This document shows positions 1 to 16,590 of a DNA stretch of 64,000 nt, in pieces (within the stretch, counting starts at the first letter, position 1; every line of letters begins with the position of its first letter). The translations under genes were made by a program, and so were the position numbers. The notes under the pieces were generated by a model. It was not told where the DNA came from, did no database searches, and saw only the letters and a list, made by a program, of their open reading frames with translations. Source of the stretch: the human T2T-CHM13v2.0 reference genome, Homo sapiens; assembly GCF_009914755.1 (NCBI RefSeq), contig NC_060943.1. The stretch is one strand, 5' to 3'.

Positions 1-798
1 GGCGGGAGTGCAATGGCACCATCTCTGCGCACTGCAACCTCCGCCTCCTAATTCAAGTGATTCTCCCGCCTCAGCCTTACGAGTAGCTGGTATTACAGGT
101 GCCCACCACCACACCTGGTTAATTTTTTCTGTTTTTAGTAGAGATGGGGATTCACCACGTTGGCCCGGCTGGTCTTGAACTCCTGACCTCAAGTGATCTG
201 CCCACCTCAGCCTCCCAAAGTGCTGGGATTACAGGTGTGAGCCACTGTACCTGGCCCCCTTTAAATTTAATTCGGCTGAAGTTTTTCTTTTAACAGATGG
301 TGTCAGAAGCGGAGTCCAGAGTAGAGCTTCTAGGAACCTTCGGGAGTGCTGAGTGAACACGCAAGGTGCCTGCGGAACCCACTTGTGTCCATTGACCTCT
401 CCGAGTGGCCGGGGATCGTGGGTAAGTTCCCTCTCGGATTTCAGAGCTCCACAGATTTGTGTTTTGAGCTCTCCGAGTTTCATTGAGCAAATATCTGATC
501 CAAACTGGGTTTGGAAGCTGTGACAGAAACTGGACTGGTTCTGGGAATGGATCTGATGTGGTAATTAGCTGGCTTGGACCCAGTTAGAGGCCTCTTACAT
601 GTGACTGGGTCAGAAAGAAACTGGTAGCAAATGGTAATATTGCAGGAGGTGTAAAATTTGGCTTTTAAAAATTAACAGGGATGTTTGTGTTCTACCCCTT
701 TGTTTCATTTTTCTTGTGCACTTAGGTATTAAAAAAAAAATTACTGGGTAAGTTAATCAAGGGAACCTGAGAGTAATGAATGCCAATATTTTAGGTAA

Positions 799-1112
<314 letters not shown>

Positions 1113-1128
1113 AAAAATGGGATCCTTA

Positions 1129-1810
<682 letters not shown>

Positions 1811-2863
1811 TTAAAAAATTAAAATGAGGGCTCCCGAAAGTTAAATCTGCTAATCTTTCAGCTTCGTTACTATCCTGATCCAAAGGAAGCAGACTGCAGC
1901 ACCAGTTGGCTGACTTTGGATAAGTAATGGGGTCCATTTTACCTGAGTAAAGTATGGGATGGGGTCAGAGGCCCTCCCCTCAGTAAAGTCCCCCTTGGTT
2001 AAAAATGGGTTAAAGATGACAGGGCCCAGCTGGGGTCAAGTTTGAGCCTTGCGAGTTCAGTATTGGGTGCTAAGCACAGTGGCCAGTGTCTGTGTTTTGT
2101 CACGTATTTTGCTTTGGCGCCATGATGAAAAAATGTTAATTGGCTTACCCCACGCAACCCCTTCGGCCACACTTGCAAAACTAAGAGGCTTTTGCTTAAG
2201 GTTCCATAAAACAGAAAAAGAATTTCCTTTGTGATGCCGCAGGCTTGGCCCTCAGGACTATAGTGTGGCAAGCAGAGTCACTAGGACCACCTGGGCAAAG
2301 GGAACCTAGAAGCCTGGCATGCTGGCAAAAGGTAAAGTATTTCTTACCAATTAGACTGTGGCCCCTCTGTGCAAACTGGTTAGATGAACGGTAAAAATCA
2401 CTGTTTATCTCCTCTGTAATGCTTTGATTAATACAAAAAAGAATTCTGAGGTTGGTCTTAGGAAGCTGTAATAAATCTGGTATGCTTTGTGTCTTTCTGT
2501 ATTCTGTCACGAAGAGGGGTACCTTCGGATGAAATGCGTGCCCAGGGCCGCATAAGCCCGCTGTTCAAGACGGCCCAGCAAACTGGTCAATCATGTCCTT
2601 GGAAGCTTAACCTCCTAATACCATGTGGCCCTGCTTTCTCTTTTCACAACGGCAGGCCAGGTTCAGGGTTCCATTCCCGGCTTACTCAGCGAGTACTTTC
2701 TGGTGTCACCTTTACCATGTGTTGATTCTCTTCCCTCTGTTTCTTATAGAACACAGAAATATTAGCTGTTTGGCCTAGCCAAGGTTGGGTAATAAAAGAT
2801 TTAAAAGGACTTTTTAAAACAAGCGCTATAGTTAAAACTCAGGTACATTAAAAGTGGATATTT

Positions 2864-3191
2864 GGCCAGGCATCGTGGCTCATGCTTGTAATCCCAGTAC
2901 TTGGGGAGGCTGAGGCAGGTGGATCACTTGAGGTCAGGAATTCAAGACAAGCCTGGGCAACATGGCATAACTCTATCTCTACTAAAAAAAAAAAATTAGC
3001 TGGGCATGTTGGTGCACGCCTGTAATCCCAGCTATTCAGGAAGGCGGGAAAATTGCTTGAACCCGGCAGGCGGAGCTTGCAGTGAGCCAAGATTTCACCA
3101 CTGCGCTCCGGCCTGGGTGACAGAGCGAGACTCCGTCTCAAAAAATAAAAATAAAATAAAAATAAAATAAAATAAAATAAATAAAATAAAA
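2864..3191 (+). mobile_element. Alu with (TAAAA)n tail
   Basis: Full dimer; pentanucleotide tail ~3146-3191. Confidence 0.9.
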
Positions 3192-3196
3192 GTGTA

Positions 3197-3302
3197 GTGC
3201 TCGCTTCAGCAGCACATATACTAAAATTGGAATGCTACAGAGAAGATTAGCATGGCCCCTGCACAAGGATGACATGCAAATTCATGAAGCGTTCCATATT
3301 TT
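3197..3302 (+). pseudogene. Full-length U6 snRNA retrocopy
   Basis: GTGCTCGCTTCAGCAGCACATATACTAAAATTGG...GAAGCGTTCCATATTTT, a few substitutions from U6; no PSE/TATA upstream (an Alu tail instead). Confidence 0.95.
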
Positions 3303-3558
3303 GTGCATCCTGGCAAGATCATTTCTGTATCTGCTAACTAGCACTAAAGAAATAGTGTGAATCTAAGCAAAAATGAGTGGCACCCAAAAACAAAATTGTG
3401 GTTTTCATTAAAAAATATAAATATTTATATAATAAAATATATATGATATATAAAAAATAAAATATGTATAATAAAATATACATAATATATATAAAATAAA
3501 AAAGTATATAAAAAATATATATGTGTGTGTATATTCAAATTCTTTTTTTTTTTTTTGA

Positions 3559-3765
<207 letters not shown>

Positions 3766-5181
3766 TGACCTTGGGTGATCCACCCGCCTCGGCCTCCCAA
3801 AGTGCTGGGATTACAGGTATGAGCCACCGTGCCCGGCAATGTATATATTCAAATTCTAACAGCCTGGGACTCCTTGGGAAAAACAGGAGGCACCAGAGAC
3901 GCCATTTTGGAAAAAAACCTGTTTTCCTCATGGAACCACAGGAATTGGAAATGGATAGATTCCCCTTCAGAAATCTAAGGCTCTGTTCTTTTTGGGATTC
4001 AGGATCTGGTATAAAAATGGGACCCTTAATTTTTGGAGACCTGTGTTGCTTTCTGCTGTGCCCACTTATTATATTGGGCCCTAGAAACTGCATGCTTTCC
4101 TGGTCCTTTTTGTCCAAGGACTCCACCCTAAAGCCAGTAATCTCAAATAAATAAATAAACACCTAAATCAAATATTTTGAAAGAACAATAAAAACTAATG
4201 CCTTTTAGTTCACATAACTTTAGTAATCTTTGGGAAATAAAAAGTTTTAAAGATTATTGGGAAAAATGAAGACATTTAGTCTAAATTAGGCAGGTCAGAT
4301 ATTAGGTTTGTTCGATGCTTTAAGGTCATCAACTGCTTCTTAGGCTTTTGAAAATTGTTCAGTTTACCTACTTGGGAGCATTAGATTCTAGATAAGGCCT
4401 GGGAACATGTGGAATTAGCCATGCACTCTATCTATGCAAAGGTTATAAAGAAAAGAGATTTTTTTTTTAATTAACAAAAACCACAGGTGGTTGTGCTCCG
4501 CCTACCCAGCACAGCAGGTGAGATGGTGCACCCTCAGTGGACTGAAGAGGCCATGGGATCCCACCTCAGCCGGATAGCACGCTGGCCTTCACCTTCATTG
4601 TGCCATGGCAGCTTTCGTGTGAGCCACTGACTCGTGTACATGTTAGACTCCTTGGTCTATAAGAAAGCATCTTGTATGGTAAATTGTTGTTCTAAAGTAA
4701 AATAACTGGTTTGTTCAAAAAGGGGATGCTAAGGAGAAGTCAGAAAGTCAAAGCATGTTGTAGATGGTCTGGGAAAGTCGTGAAAGGGTTCGTGAAAGGA
4801 AATTTAAGCCACCAAAAGTAAAAGTTGCTAGTTACCATTATAACATATGATTGAAACTACTGAAAAAATAGTTTTACATGGAAAGTGTGTGAGAAGAGTG
4901 AAACATGTTTTTGGTAAAATATTTTTAAAAGGCAGGAGAATGTCAAATTTCACCTAGTTGAGAGGGTTATGTGATTTTTAAATTAGATAAGAATAAGCTC
5001 ACGGTTTGAACAAGTTGTGGAAGGTTTGTAAAAACTAATCTTGCAAAAAAAATTCTGTGTGCAAACACGTTGACTAAATTTAAAGGGGTATTTTCCAGTT
5101 TTCCATAAATTAAACATTGAAATGAAAGGACAAACAGGGTTTCTTTTTTTGTTTTTTTGTTGCCCAGGCTATGGGCAACTA

Positions 5182-5370
<189 letters not shown>

Positions 5371-5519
5371 TCAGGTATCAGTGAGAATGGGAAGTCAGGT
5401 CTTCTCTGACTCCTAGGACATTCCTCTCTCTGTCTTTGGGGGTTGAATTCCTTGTTAGAACTCCATCTTGTTAAAGGGGCCTCGCACCTGCCCTTGCCTT
5501 CTGCAGCAGCCCTCCTTAA

Positions 5520-5821
5520 TCCTCTCCAAACTTCCATCTCCAGACCACCGGATTCTCCTCATGAGTGCCCTGGGTGGACATTGGTGAAAGGTCACTGCCT
5601 TCAGGACACACCATAGGTACAGTCACCGAGGTAACCCAGTTCAAAGAAGAGCAGGATGTTCAGTATTTACAAAGGGATCTAGCAATTGGTCCAAACCAGT
5701 CAGTGCTGGCATGCACCGTTCATCGTGCCATCAGTGGCAAGATGGAGATCTGGCAATGCATGGCTCACAGTAAGATACACGCCCTGTGCCATTCCACCCT
5801 ATCATTAGAAAAGGAGTCTTC
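5520..5821 (+). pseudogene. NXF3-like processed pseudogene, 5' part (copy 1)
   Basis: Translates to SLPSGHTIG...RYTPCAIPPY, matching the recalled NXF3 N-terminus (MSLPSGHTTG...RYTPYTISPY); start codon reads AGG; frameshifts. Confidence 0.8.
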
Positions 5822-6887
<1,066 letters not shown>

Positions 6888-7000
6888 CCTTCCTGCTATT
6901 TTTGAACTACCTGTACCAGGCTGGTTTCTCTGGGTGAGGGGAGTGGTCAGGCAGAGGCAGGCCCCGTCATGGTAAGCAGCTAGGAGACTGCTAGAGATTG
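6888..7000 (-). pseudogene. NXF3-like processed pseudogene, NTF2-like domain fragment
   Basis: LLAAYHDGACLCLTTP resembles NXF3 LLSAYHDEACFSLSIP. Confidence 0.8.
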
Positions 7001-7007
7001 ACAGGGC

Positions 7008-7248
7008 ACTCATGAGTGCCCTGGGTGGACACTGGTGAAAGGTCACTGCCTTCAGGACACACCATAGGTACAGTCACCAAGGTAACCCAGTTCAAAGTAG
7101 AGCAGGATGTTGGGTATTTACAAAGGAGATCTAGCAATTGGTCCAAACCAGTCAGTGCTGGCATGTACCGTTCATCGTGCCATCAGTGGCAAGATGGAGA
7201 TCTGGCAATGCATGGGCTCACAGTAAGATACACGCCCTGTGCCATTCC
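7008..7248 (+). pseudogene. NXF3-like 5' part (copy 2), inverted inside the pseudogene body
   Basis: Near-identical to 5558-5795. Confidence 0.8.
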
Positions 7249-8116
7249 GTAGACGTAGATCAAGCGATTATTACTGCAGAAATCTCCGTGGACGTAGAGC
7301 AAGCAATTATTACTGCAGAAATTGCAGGAGCAGGTTCTGCAGCATGTCACATCCAAAGAAGCTTCCCTTGCAAGTTGGTAACCTTGAGGGCTTCAATACC
7401 ACACAGAGTTGGTCTAGGTGATGGCTGACCATCCAGGCATAATAATTTGGGGAACAATTCCAGGATGGAGGTTATGTTGCTAGACTTGTTTGTCCGGGAA
7501 AGTGGTAGACAGGAAGTTCCTGTCTGCACACGTCTCCTGGCTCCAGCCCTTTCCCCTGTCCATCTGTCCTACAGACTCCGCCTCAGGCATGTTGTCTTGG
7601 AGGACGTGCAGAAAGGCAGCCATGCACTTTCTAGGTTTCGATGCCGTCTTAGAGTCACTGGTCACCAGGTCTGGGTCAAACGGGAGTCTCTGGCTGTCAA
7701 GACTGGACTGGGAGGAATCACATCGCTTCTTCACCATCAGCTTTATCTGCTTTGCCTTTTCCGACTTCAGCTTTCTCTGCAGGGGGTATCAGTGGGGTTG
7801 ACAAAGATTGACATCTTTTTGTTATCCTCATCCCTAATCTTGCCACTGACATTCTTCAGTGCCTAGGCGATGCTGGCATTCTCCACAAAGATGTGGGCCT
7901 GCATTTTCTCATAGCGAAACTGAATCAGGAGGAAGGGGCATTGCATTGACTCTGAATCAAATTCAGCAGCCACTTCTCATTTTATGCAGATCTTGAACTA
8001 GCAGCTCCCTAAGGTCCGATCTGGCCTGTTTCCCTCTGTTCTTTTCTCTGGAGGTTTTTGGCGCTTTCTCTGTGTTAACATGGGTTTGGTCTTGTTTATG
8101 GCAAGTGCCTCTCCAT

Positions 8117-8117
<1 letters not shown>
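7246..8117 (-). pseudogene. NXF3-like processed pseudogene body (RBD/LRR region)
   Basis: KQDQTHVN, QRLPFDPDLV..SKPRKCMAA, SSNITSILELFPKLLCLDGQPSPRPTLCG and LPTCKGSFFG match NXF3; intronless, with stops and frameshifts. Confidence 0.88.
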
Positions 8118-8447
<330 letters not shown>

Positions 8448-9174
8448 TTATGTAGTTTTGCATAGCCTTTCTCTGTCTTATAGCTATGAAAGACAATTTC
8501 CAAAACATAGCCTAGAATGGAGAATTGAAGATAAAGTGAGAACTGTTGGGCATAGTAACCTAAAAAGGGATCCCCTCTGGTGTGGAAAGATTGTTCCAAC
8601 GCAAAAGGGACTGAGATCCAGAGATGGCAGTTGTTTGAGATCTGGAATCTTCAGAAGAGGTAGATCAGACTTGCTCAGGAAATAATGGGTCCTACCATCA
8701 CAGCGGGTACGGATGGGGCTACAAGATGAGAGAGGCTGGATAGGAGAGTATTTAAGGAAAAAAAAAAGACAGAAAAGGACCAAAGGACAGTCTGTGAGAC
8801 CCCAGAGAATGCATTAAACCTGAAGAATTTCTGAACAATGACGTCTGATATTCAGGCTTCCGTTGTTTCTTTTTGTGCTGTAATCTTCCGTGTTTTCTCT
8901 GCACATAGCTCAGTAAAGCTCTATTCACCAGTTAACCTAGAGTCTGTCTTGAGATAAGCAGGGAGGGCTGTGACGGCTGCACAAGGGCGGAGTGGTTTGT
9001 AGACCTGAAAAGGAACTTGTAAGAGCTGGCAGATCTTAACCAGGAGAGGGAGCCCCTTTCCACAGCCTAGAAGCTTCTGAAGTCATTTAAATGGAACTGA
9101 ATTATATGAAGTCAAATGTCAGTTGGGGAAAAAGTCAAACTTTATTATTTATTTATTTATTTGTAATTGTGCGT

Positions 9175-9178
<4 letters not shown>

Positions 9179-9224
<46 letters not shown>
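9179..9224. repeat. (AT)n microsatellite
   Basis: Perfect dinucleotide run. Confidence 0.95.
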
Positions 9225-9477
<253 letters not shown>

Positions 9478-10605
9478 TGAACTCCTGACCTCAGGTGATC
9501 CACCCGCCTTGGCCTCCTAAAGTGTTGGAATTACTGGCATGAGCGACCACGCTGGCCCAAACCCTGCTTTTTACTGGAGAGACGAGGTAGCCCTAAGTTA
9601 AAAAAAAAAAAAAAAAGACCCTGTTTCACTTCTTTTGGATATACCCGGGGTGACATTGCTAGATCATTCTGCAATTCCTCCTTTTTTTTTTTTTTTTTTT
9701 TGCTGGGGGTGGGATAGAGTCTCACTCCCAGGCTGGAGTGCAATGGTGTGATCTTGGCTCACTGCAACCTCCGCCTCCTGGGCTCAAACGACTCTCCTGC
9801 AGTGAGGAGCTGGGATTACAGGTGCCTGCCACCACAACCTGCTAATTTTTTTTTTATTTTTTGTATTTTTAGTACAGACGGGGTTTCACTATGTTGGCCA
9901 GGCTGGTCTTGAACTCCTGACCCCGTGATCCGCCCGCCACAGCCTCTCAAAGTGCTGGGATGACAGGCATGAGCCTCCGCGCCCAGTAGATCATTCTGTA
10001 ATTCTGTGTTTAACTTTTTCCCCCCTAAACTTAACTGAAGTGATATTTAACTTTCTGAGGAATCACCAAATCAAAGGTGACTTTTGAGACAAATACAGGA
10101 AGTGGAGGTGGTTTTCCTCATGTAGATGAAGACATTCTAAACCCAGAACTGAAAACACACATGGAATCCTTTTAAGTATCAGGATGCCTTGGTGGACAAA
10201 ATGGATACATCCAACTTCTCAAGGAGCTTAATATTCAGTATTAAAGCTGAGGTGAGCTCAGGTGATTCACGCCTGTAATCCCAACATTTTGGGAGGCCAA
10301 GGCAGGCGGATCACTTGAGCCCAGGAGTTTAAGACCAGCCTGGGCAACATAGTGAGACCCCTCCCCCCTGCCCCCGTCTCTACAAAAAATAAAAAAATTA
10401 CAGACGCATGGTGTAGTCCCAGCTACTTGGCAGTCAAAGGTAGAAGGACTGTTTGAACCCAGGAGTGGGTTGAAGCTGCAGTGAGCCTTGATTGTACCAG
10501 TAAACTTTAGCTTGGGAGGCAGTTGAGACCCTGTCTCAAAAAAAAAAAGAAAGGAAGAATTTCTCTCTCCCAACTTCCCTTGGTTTCTCCTCGCCCCCCG
10601 GCTAA

Positions 10606-11296
<691 letters not shown>

Positions 11297-11339
11297 TGAG
11301 CCACTGCGCCAGGCCCTCATTCTGTTACTTCTTTCTTTC

Positions 11340-11495
11340 TTTTTTCATTAATTTAAGTTCTGGGATACACATGTGGGATGTGCAGGTTTGCTACATAGGT
11401 AAATGCGTGCCGTGGTGGTTTGCTGAACCTATTGACCTAGGTATTAAGCCTCACAGCCATTAGCTATTTGTCCTGATGCCCTTCTGCCTCCTGCC
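11340..11495 (-). mobile_element. L1PA 3' end fragment
   Basis: TTTAAGTTCTGGGATACA...GTGCAGGTTTG.TACATAGGTAAA.G.GTGCC.TGGTGGTTTGCTG. Confidence 0.85.
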
Positions 11496-12054
11496 CATTC
11501 TTTGTTATTTCTTCATATTCCAATTAATGTTCATTTTGAGGACCTGGCTCTGGCCAGGCAAGGTTCCAGTCTGGAGTCAAACTGAGGAAAGTATTACCTT
11601 TCACAAACACTTAGACCACGTTGGGAGGGGAGAATGATTGTCCTCCACATGCGTATGGGTGTGTTATAAACCCCAGGAAGGTAAATACTAAGCAAAGGCG
11701 TGCACAGATAATTATTGCAACTGATGATTCCACGTCAATTGTACTGTACTGTGAGTAGGTTTATAGGCTGCCGTGACAGGGGCCATCACCTGGGTACGAG
11801 GGTGCTGGCTTCCTCTTGAAGAGGTGACTTTCAATTATGAATTGAATAGATGCAAGGATGTTGGCCCAGTGGAGGAACTTTGAGGGGAGGGGGCAGGGTA
11901 TCCTGGTTGGGAGGAAATTACATACAGAAACTGGGGAGTGGTGACAACATTGACTCTTCCAGTAATTGTCTGGGTGTGGTAACTCAGGACTGTAATCCCA
12001 GCACTTTGGGAGGCTGAGATGGGAGGATTGCTTGAGCTTGGGAGTTCCAGATCA

Positions 12055-12447
<393 letters not shown>

Positions 12448-13132
12448 TCAAAAAAACAATAATAATTTTAAAAAATTTTTTTAAATAAAAAAATTAACAA
12501 ATGACCCGCACATCTGGGGTGAAGTAAGACGAGGCTGGCAGCATAGCTCTGTCACCTGTGGTTAGGATTAATTAAGCTCAGCTTTAAAGGCTGGATCTTG
12601 GCCTCCTGGGTTTTAATTTTGACTTCTCCACTTCTCAGCCATGTTTTGTTTTGTTTTGTTTGCTTGAGGAGGGACAAATCAGGCCAGCATTGAGCCTCTT
12701 TCCCCCGTGTGTCAACTGAGATTGATAATTACAAGATTAAATGATGCTTGTCTGTGATTTTAGCATCTGTTCAGCCCATCATTCATTTCAAGAGTATTGA
12801 CTGGGCTTCAGGGTAGGTTCCATGTTAGTACTGGGGACGCCGTGGGTGGGAGGGAGACTGGGTCTCCACCCTCCTAGAGTTATAGTCTAGGCCTGCGGTT
12901 AAGCAGATTTTTGTGCAGGAATCAAACCCATTACACTACCTGTCAGAAACCAAGCCCTGTTCCAGGCACTGGGAAACTCAGAATTTAAAGGGGATGTACC
13001 AGGTCTCTGTCCTTGCGGAGCATTATCGATCAGTAGAAGAGAGAAAATAAACAAGCAAACACCTGAGACAATTGTAATAGCAATAATGTGATATCAATAA
13101 AATGAAACAGAGCAACAGAAATAGGGTAGATG

Positions 13133-13433
13133 GGCCGGGCGCGGTGGCTCACCCCTGTAATCCCAGCACTTTGGGAGGCCGAGGTGGGCGGATCACGAGG
13201 TCAGGAGATCGAGACCATCCTGGCTAACACGGTGAAACCCCGTCTCTACTAAAAATACAAAACATTAGCCGGGCGTGGTGGCGGGCGCCCGTAGTCCCAG
13301 CTACTCGGGAGGCTGAGGCAGGAGAATGGCGTGAAGCCGGGAGGCAGAGTGCAGTGAGCCGAGATGGCGCCACTGCACTCAAGCCTGGGCAACAGAGTGA
13401 GACTGTCTCAACAAAAAAAGAAAAGAAAAGAAA
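13133..13433 (+). mobile_element. AluY
   Basis: GAGATCGAGACCATCCTGGCTAACACGGTG and GAATGGCGTGAA diagnostics; TSD AGAAA(T/C)AG(G/A)GTAGATGG. Confidence 0.92.
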
Positions 13434-13449
13434 CAGAGTAGATGGTCTT

Positions 13450-13665
13450 AGAAATGACAAGGAATCCCAATGAGAGGTTCTACCTGGGACAAAATAGAAA
13501 AATGGGAAATCATAATAAGCTCTGGAATTGGGACAGTGGTATTGTTTATTTCCTAGTTGTGGCAAATCTAATGTAAAATATGGACATTAAAGAAAACTGG
13601 GTGGAGAACATAGAGAACTTTCTGTACTTTTTGCAACTTTTCTGTAAGTCTAAATTTATTCGAAG
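13450..13665 (+). mobile_element. Old L1M 3' fragment
   Basis: AACTGGGTG...GAACTTTCTGTACTTTTTGCAACTTTTCTGTAAGTCTAAA. Confidence 0.65.
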
Positions 13666-13839
13666 GCCGGGCGCAGAGGCTCCTGCCTGTAATCCCAAAA
13701 CGTTAGGAGGCTGAAGCAGGTAGATCACTTGAGCTTGGTAGTTTGAGACCAGCCTGGGCAAAAAAGTGAGACTTCATCTCCATTAAAAATTTAAAAAATT
13801 AGCTGGCTTTGCTGGTGAGCACCTGCACCAGACTGGTTA

Positions 13840-14307
<468 letters not shown>

Positions 14308-14399
14308 TCAAAAAAAAAAAAAAGAAAAAGAAAAAGAAAAAGAAATGCATTTACAGAAGCTAGGAAAATCAAATTCAGGGAGGAGGCTGGAGGGCAAAG

Positions 14400-14525
14400 A
14401 GTGGGTGTGGCCAGACTTTAATCCATTCTCCATCTGTGGGTGGTCCCTAGGGTATAAAAGAGCTCCAGGGCCCCTGCCCTGCCTTTCATCCTCAGGATGG
14501 GAAGTCCTCACAGAGTTCAGTAAGT
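14400..14525 (+). promoter_or_regulatory. Candidate TATA-box Pol II promoter with short first exon
   Basis: GGGTGTGG (14403-14410), TAATCC (14419-14424), TATAAAAG (14453-14460), then donor GTAAGT (14520-14525); 1.7 kb upstream of MIR512-1. Confidence 0.5.
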
Positions 14526-14617
14526 ATTGGCTTCCCATGGTGTTTCTGCACTTCCCCCGTGGTCATATGAGCCTCACATTTAGGTTGTAAGACTCCCCCT
14601 AAAATCTCCAACACTGA

Positions 14618-14983
<366 letters not shown>

Positions 14984-16194
14984 TAAAATTTTTGGATTTT
15001 GTTCAATTAGTGATTGAGTCTCACTGTGTTGCCCAGATGGGCTTGTCTCCCAGGCTGGAGTGCAGTGGTGAGATCGTGACTCACAGTAGCCTCAACCTCC
15101 CTCACCCCAGCGTCCCGTGTAGTTGGGATGGCAGGCATGCAGGACCATGCTTAGCTAATTTTTTTTTTTTTTTTTGTAGGGTTGGGGTCTCCCACCATTG
15201 TCTAGGCTGGTCATCAACACCTGGGCACAAACATCCTCTCACCCCGGCCTCTGAGCCACTGCACCCAGTAGATTTTAGGTTCATTTTATTTTTTATTTAG
15301 GTGTCCACAAAGGCAGCTTTTTCCTTTTCTTTATTTTTTAAAGAGACAGGGTCTCACTCTGTTGCCCAGGGTGGAGTGCAGTGGCCAGATCTTGGCTCTC
15401 TGCAACCTCTGCCTTCCAGACTCAAGTGATCCACCTTCGTCTCCAGAGTAGCTGGGACTATAGGTGTGCACAAACACACCCAGCTGAGTTTTAAATCTTT
15501 TGTAGATAAGGGGTCTAAGTATGTTTCCCAGGCTGGTTTCGAAGTCCTGTGCTCAAGCAATCCTTCTGCCTTGGCTTCCCAAACTGCTAGGATTACAGGT
15601 GAGCCACCACACCGGGCCTGTCCACGTAATTTAAAAGGTGCTGGACGTGTGCGGTGGCTCACGTCTGTAATCCCAGCACTTTGGGAGGCTGAGGTGGGCG
15701 GATCACGAGGTCGGGAGTTCGAGACCAGCCTGGCCAATATGGTGAAACCCTGTCTCTACTAAAAATACAAAAATTAGCCAGGTGTGGTGGCAGGCGCCTG
15801 TAATCCCAGCTTCTCAGGAGGCTGAGGCAGAAGAATTGCTTGAACCCAGGAGGCGGAGGCTGCAGTGAGCTGATGATCGCGCCATGGCACTCCAGCCTGG
15901 GCAACAGAGCAAGACTAAGAAAAAAAAAGAAAGAAAAAGAAAAAGAAAACAAAGTAATTTAAAAGGTGTTATTCAGGCTGGGGACCCCCAAAGTGCTGGG
16001 ATTACAGGCATGAGCCCCAGGGCAGGCCTAGGATTTGCATTACAAGGCTCTGCATTGTTCCTGAGAACTGGAGAGAGTGCTCAATCTACCTTTCGCTATT
16101 GAGCAACATTCAGAAGTCAGTTTTAAATCTCTTATCTTCTGCATAGAGGATGTGCCTGCAGTTTCCAGGTACTGGACAATACAGGGAGGGTACT

Positions 16195-16278
16195 TCTCAG
16201 TCTGTGGCACTCAGCCTTGAGGGCACTTTCTGGTGCCAGAATGAAAGTGCTGTCATAGCTGAGGTCCAATGACTGAGG
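16195..16278 (+). ncRNA. MIR512-1: pre-miRNA hsa-mir-512-1
   Basis: Hairpin TCTCAGTCTGTGG-CACTCAGCCTTGAGGGCACTTTC (5p)...AAGTGCTGTCATAGCTGAGGTC (3p), as recalled for mir-512. Confidence 0.97.
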
Positions 16279-16484
16279 CGAGCACCGAAGAAACACCATG
16301 GGGGGGAGGGGGGGCGGGGGGCTCCAGGAGCCACTGCAGGTAAAAGCTAAACCGTGGTGCTTGTTCTGCGCCATAAACTGGACTTCAGCCCAGCTTTAAG
16401 GAAATGACCAGGGTCTCTGGGTTGTGAGGCTGGGTTCCGTAGCAGCTATAATGCTTGGATTCAGGGATAGCCTGGGTCACACCA

Positions 16485-16590
16485 TTGCCAGAGAAGAGGC
16501 AACCAATCCAGACCCCAAAAGCGGGTTCTTGGATCTCTTGCTGGAAAGAATTTCGAGGCAAGTCACAACACAGCGAAAGAAGCAAGCTGA
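16485..16590 (-). mobile_element. MER4/MER51-group LTR fragment (second copy 18968-19073)
   Basis: ATCCAGACCCCAAAAGCGGGTTCTTGGATCTC...GAAAGAATT motif typical of this LTR group. Confidence 0.55.

Noticed and set aside
1-600. C19MC imprinted CpG-island promoter
   Set aside because: No CpG island is visible here; it is expected a few kb upstream of the window
3197-3302. Functional U6 gene
   Set aside because: No PSE/TATA/DSE upstream, has substitutions, and sits in a retro-insertion context
10080-10230. Faint resemblance to a decayed PRD-class (DPRX-like) homeobox exon
   Set aside because: Needs several frameshifts and is not distinguishable from chance by eye; a TBLASTN/nhmmer search would be required
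15650-16280. Alu-driven Pol III transcription of the miRNAs
   Set aside because: T-runs (e.g. TTTT at ~16120) lie between the Alu and the hairpin, most cassette Alus are antisense, and the exon/intron structure fits Pol II
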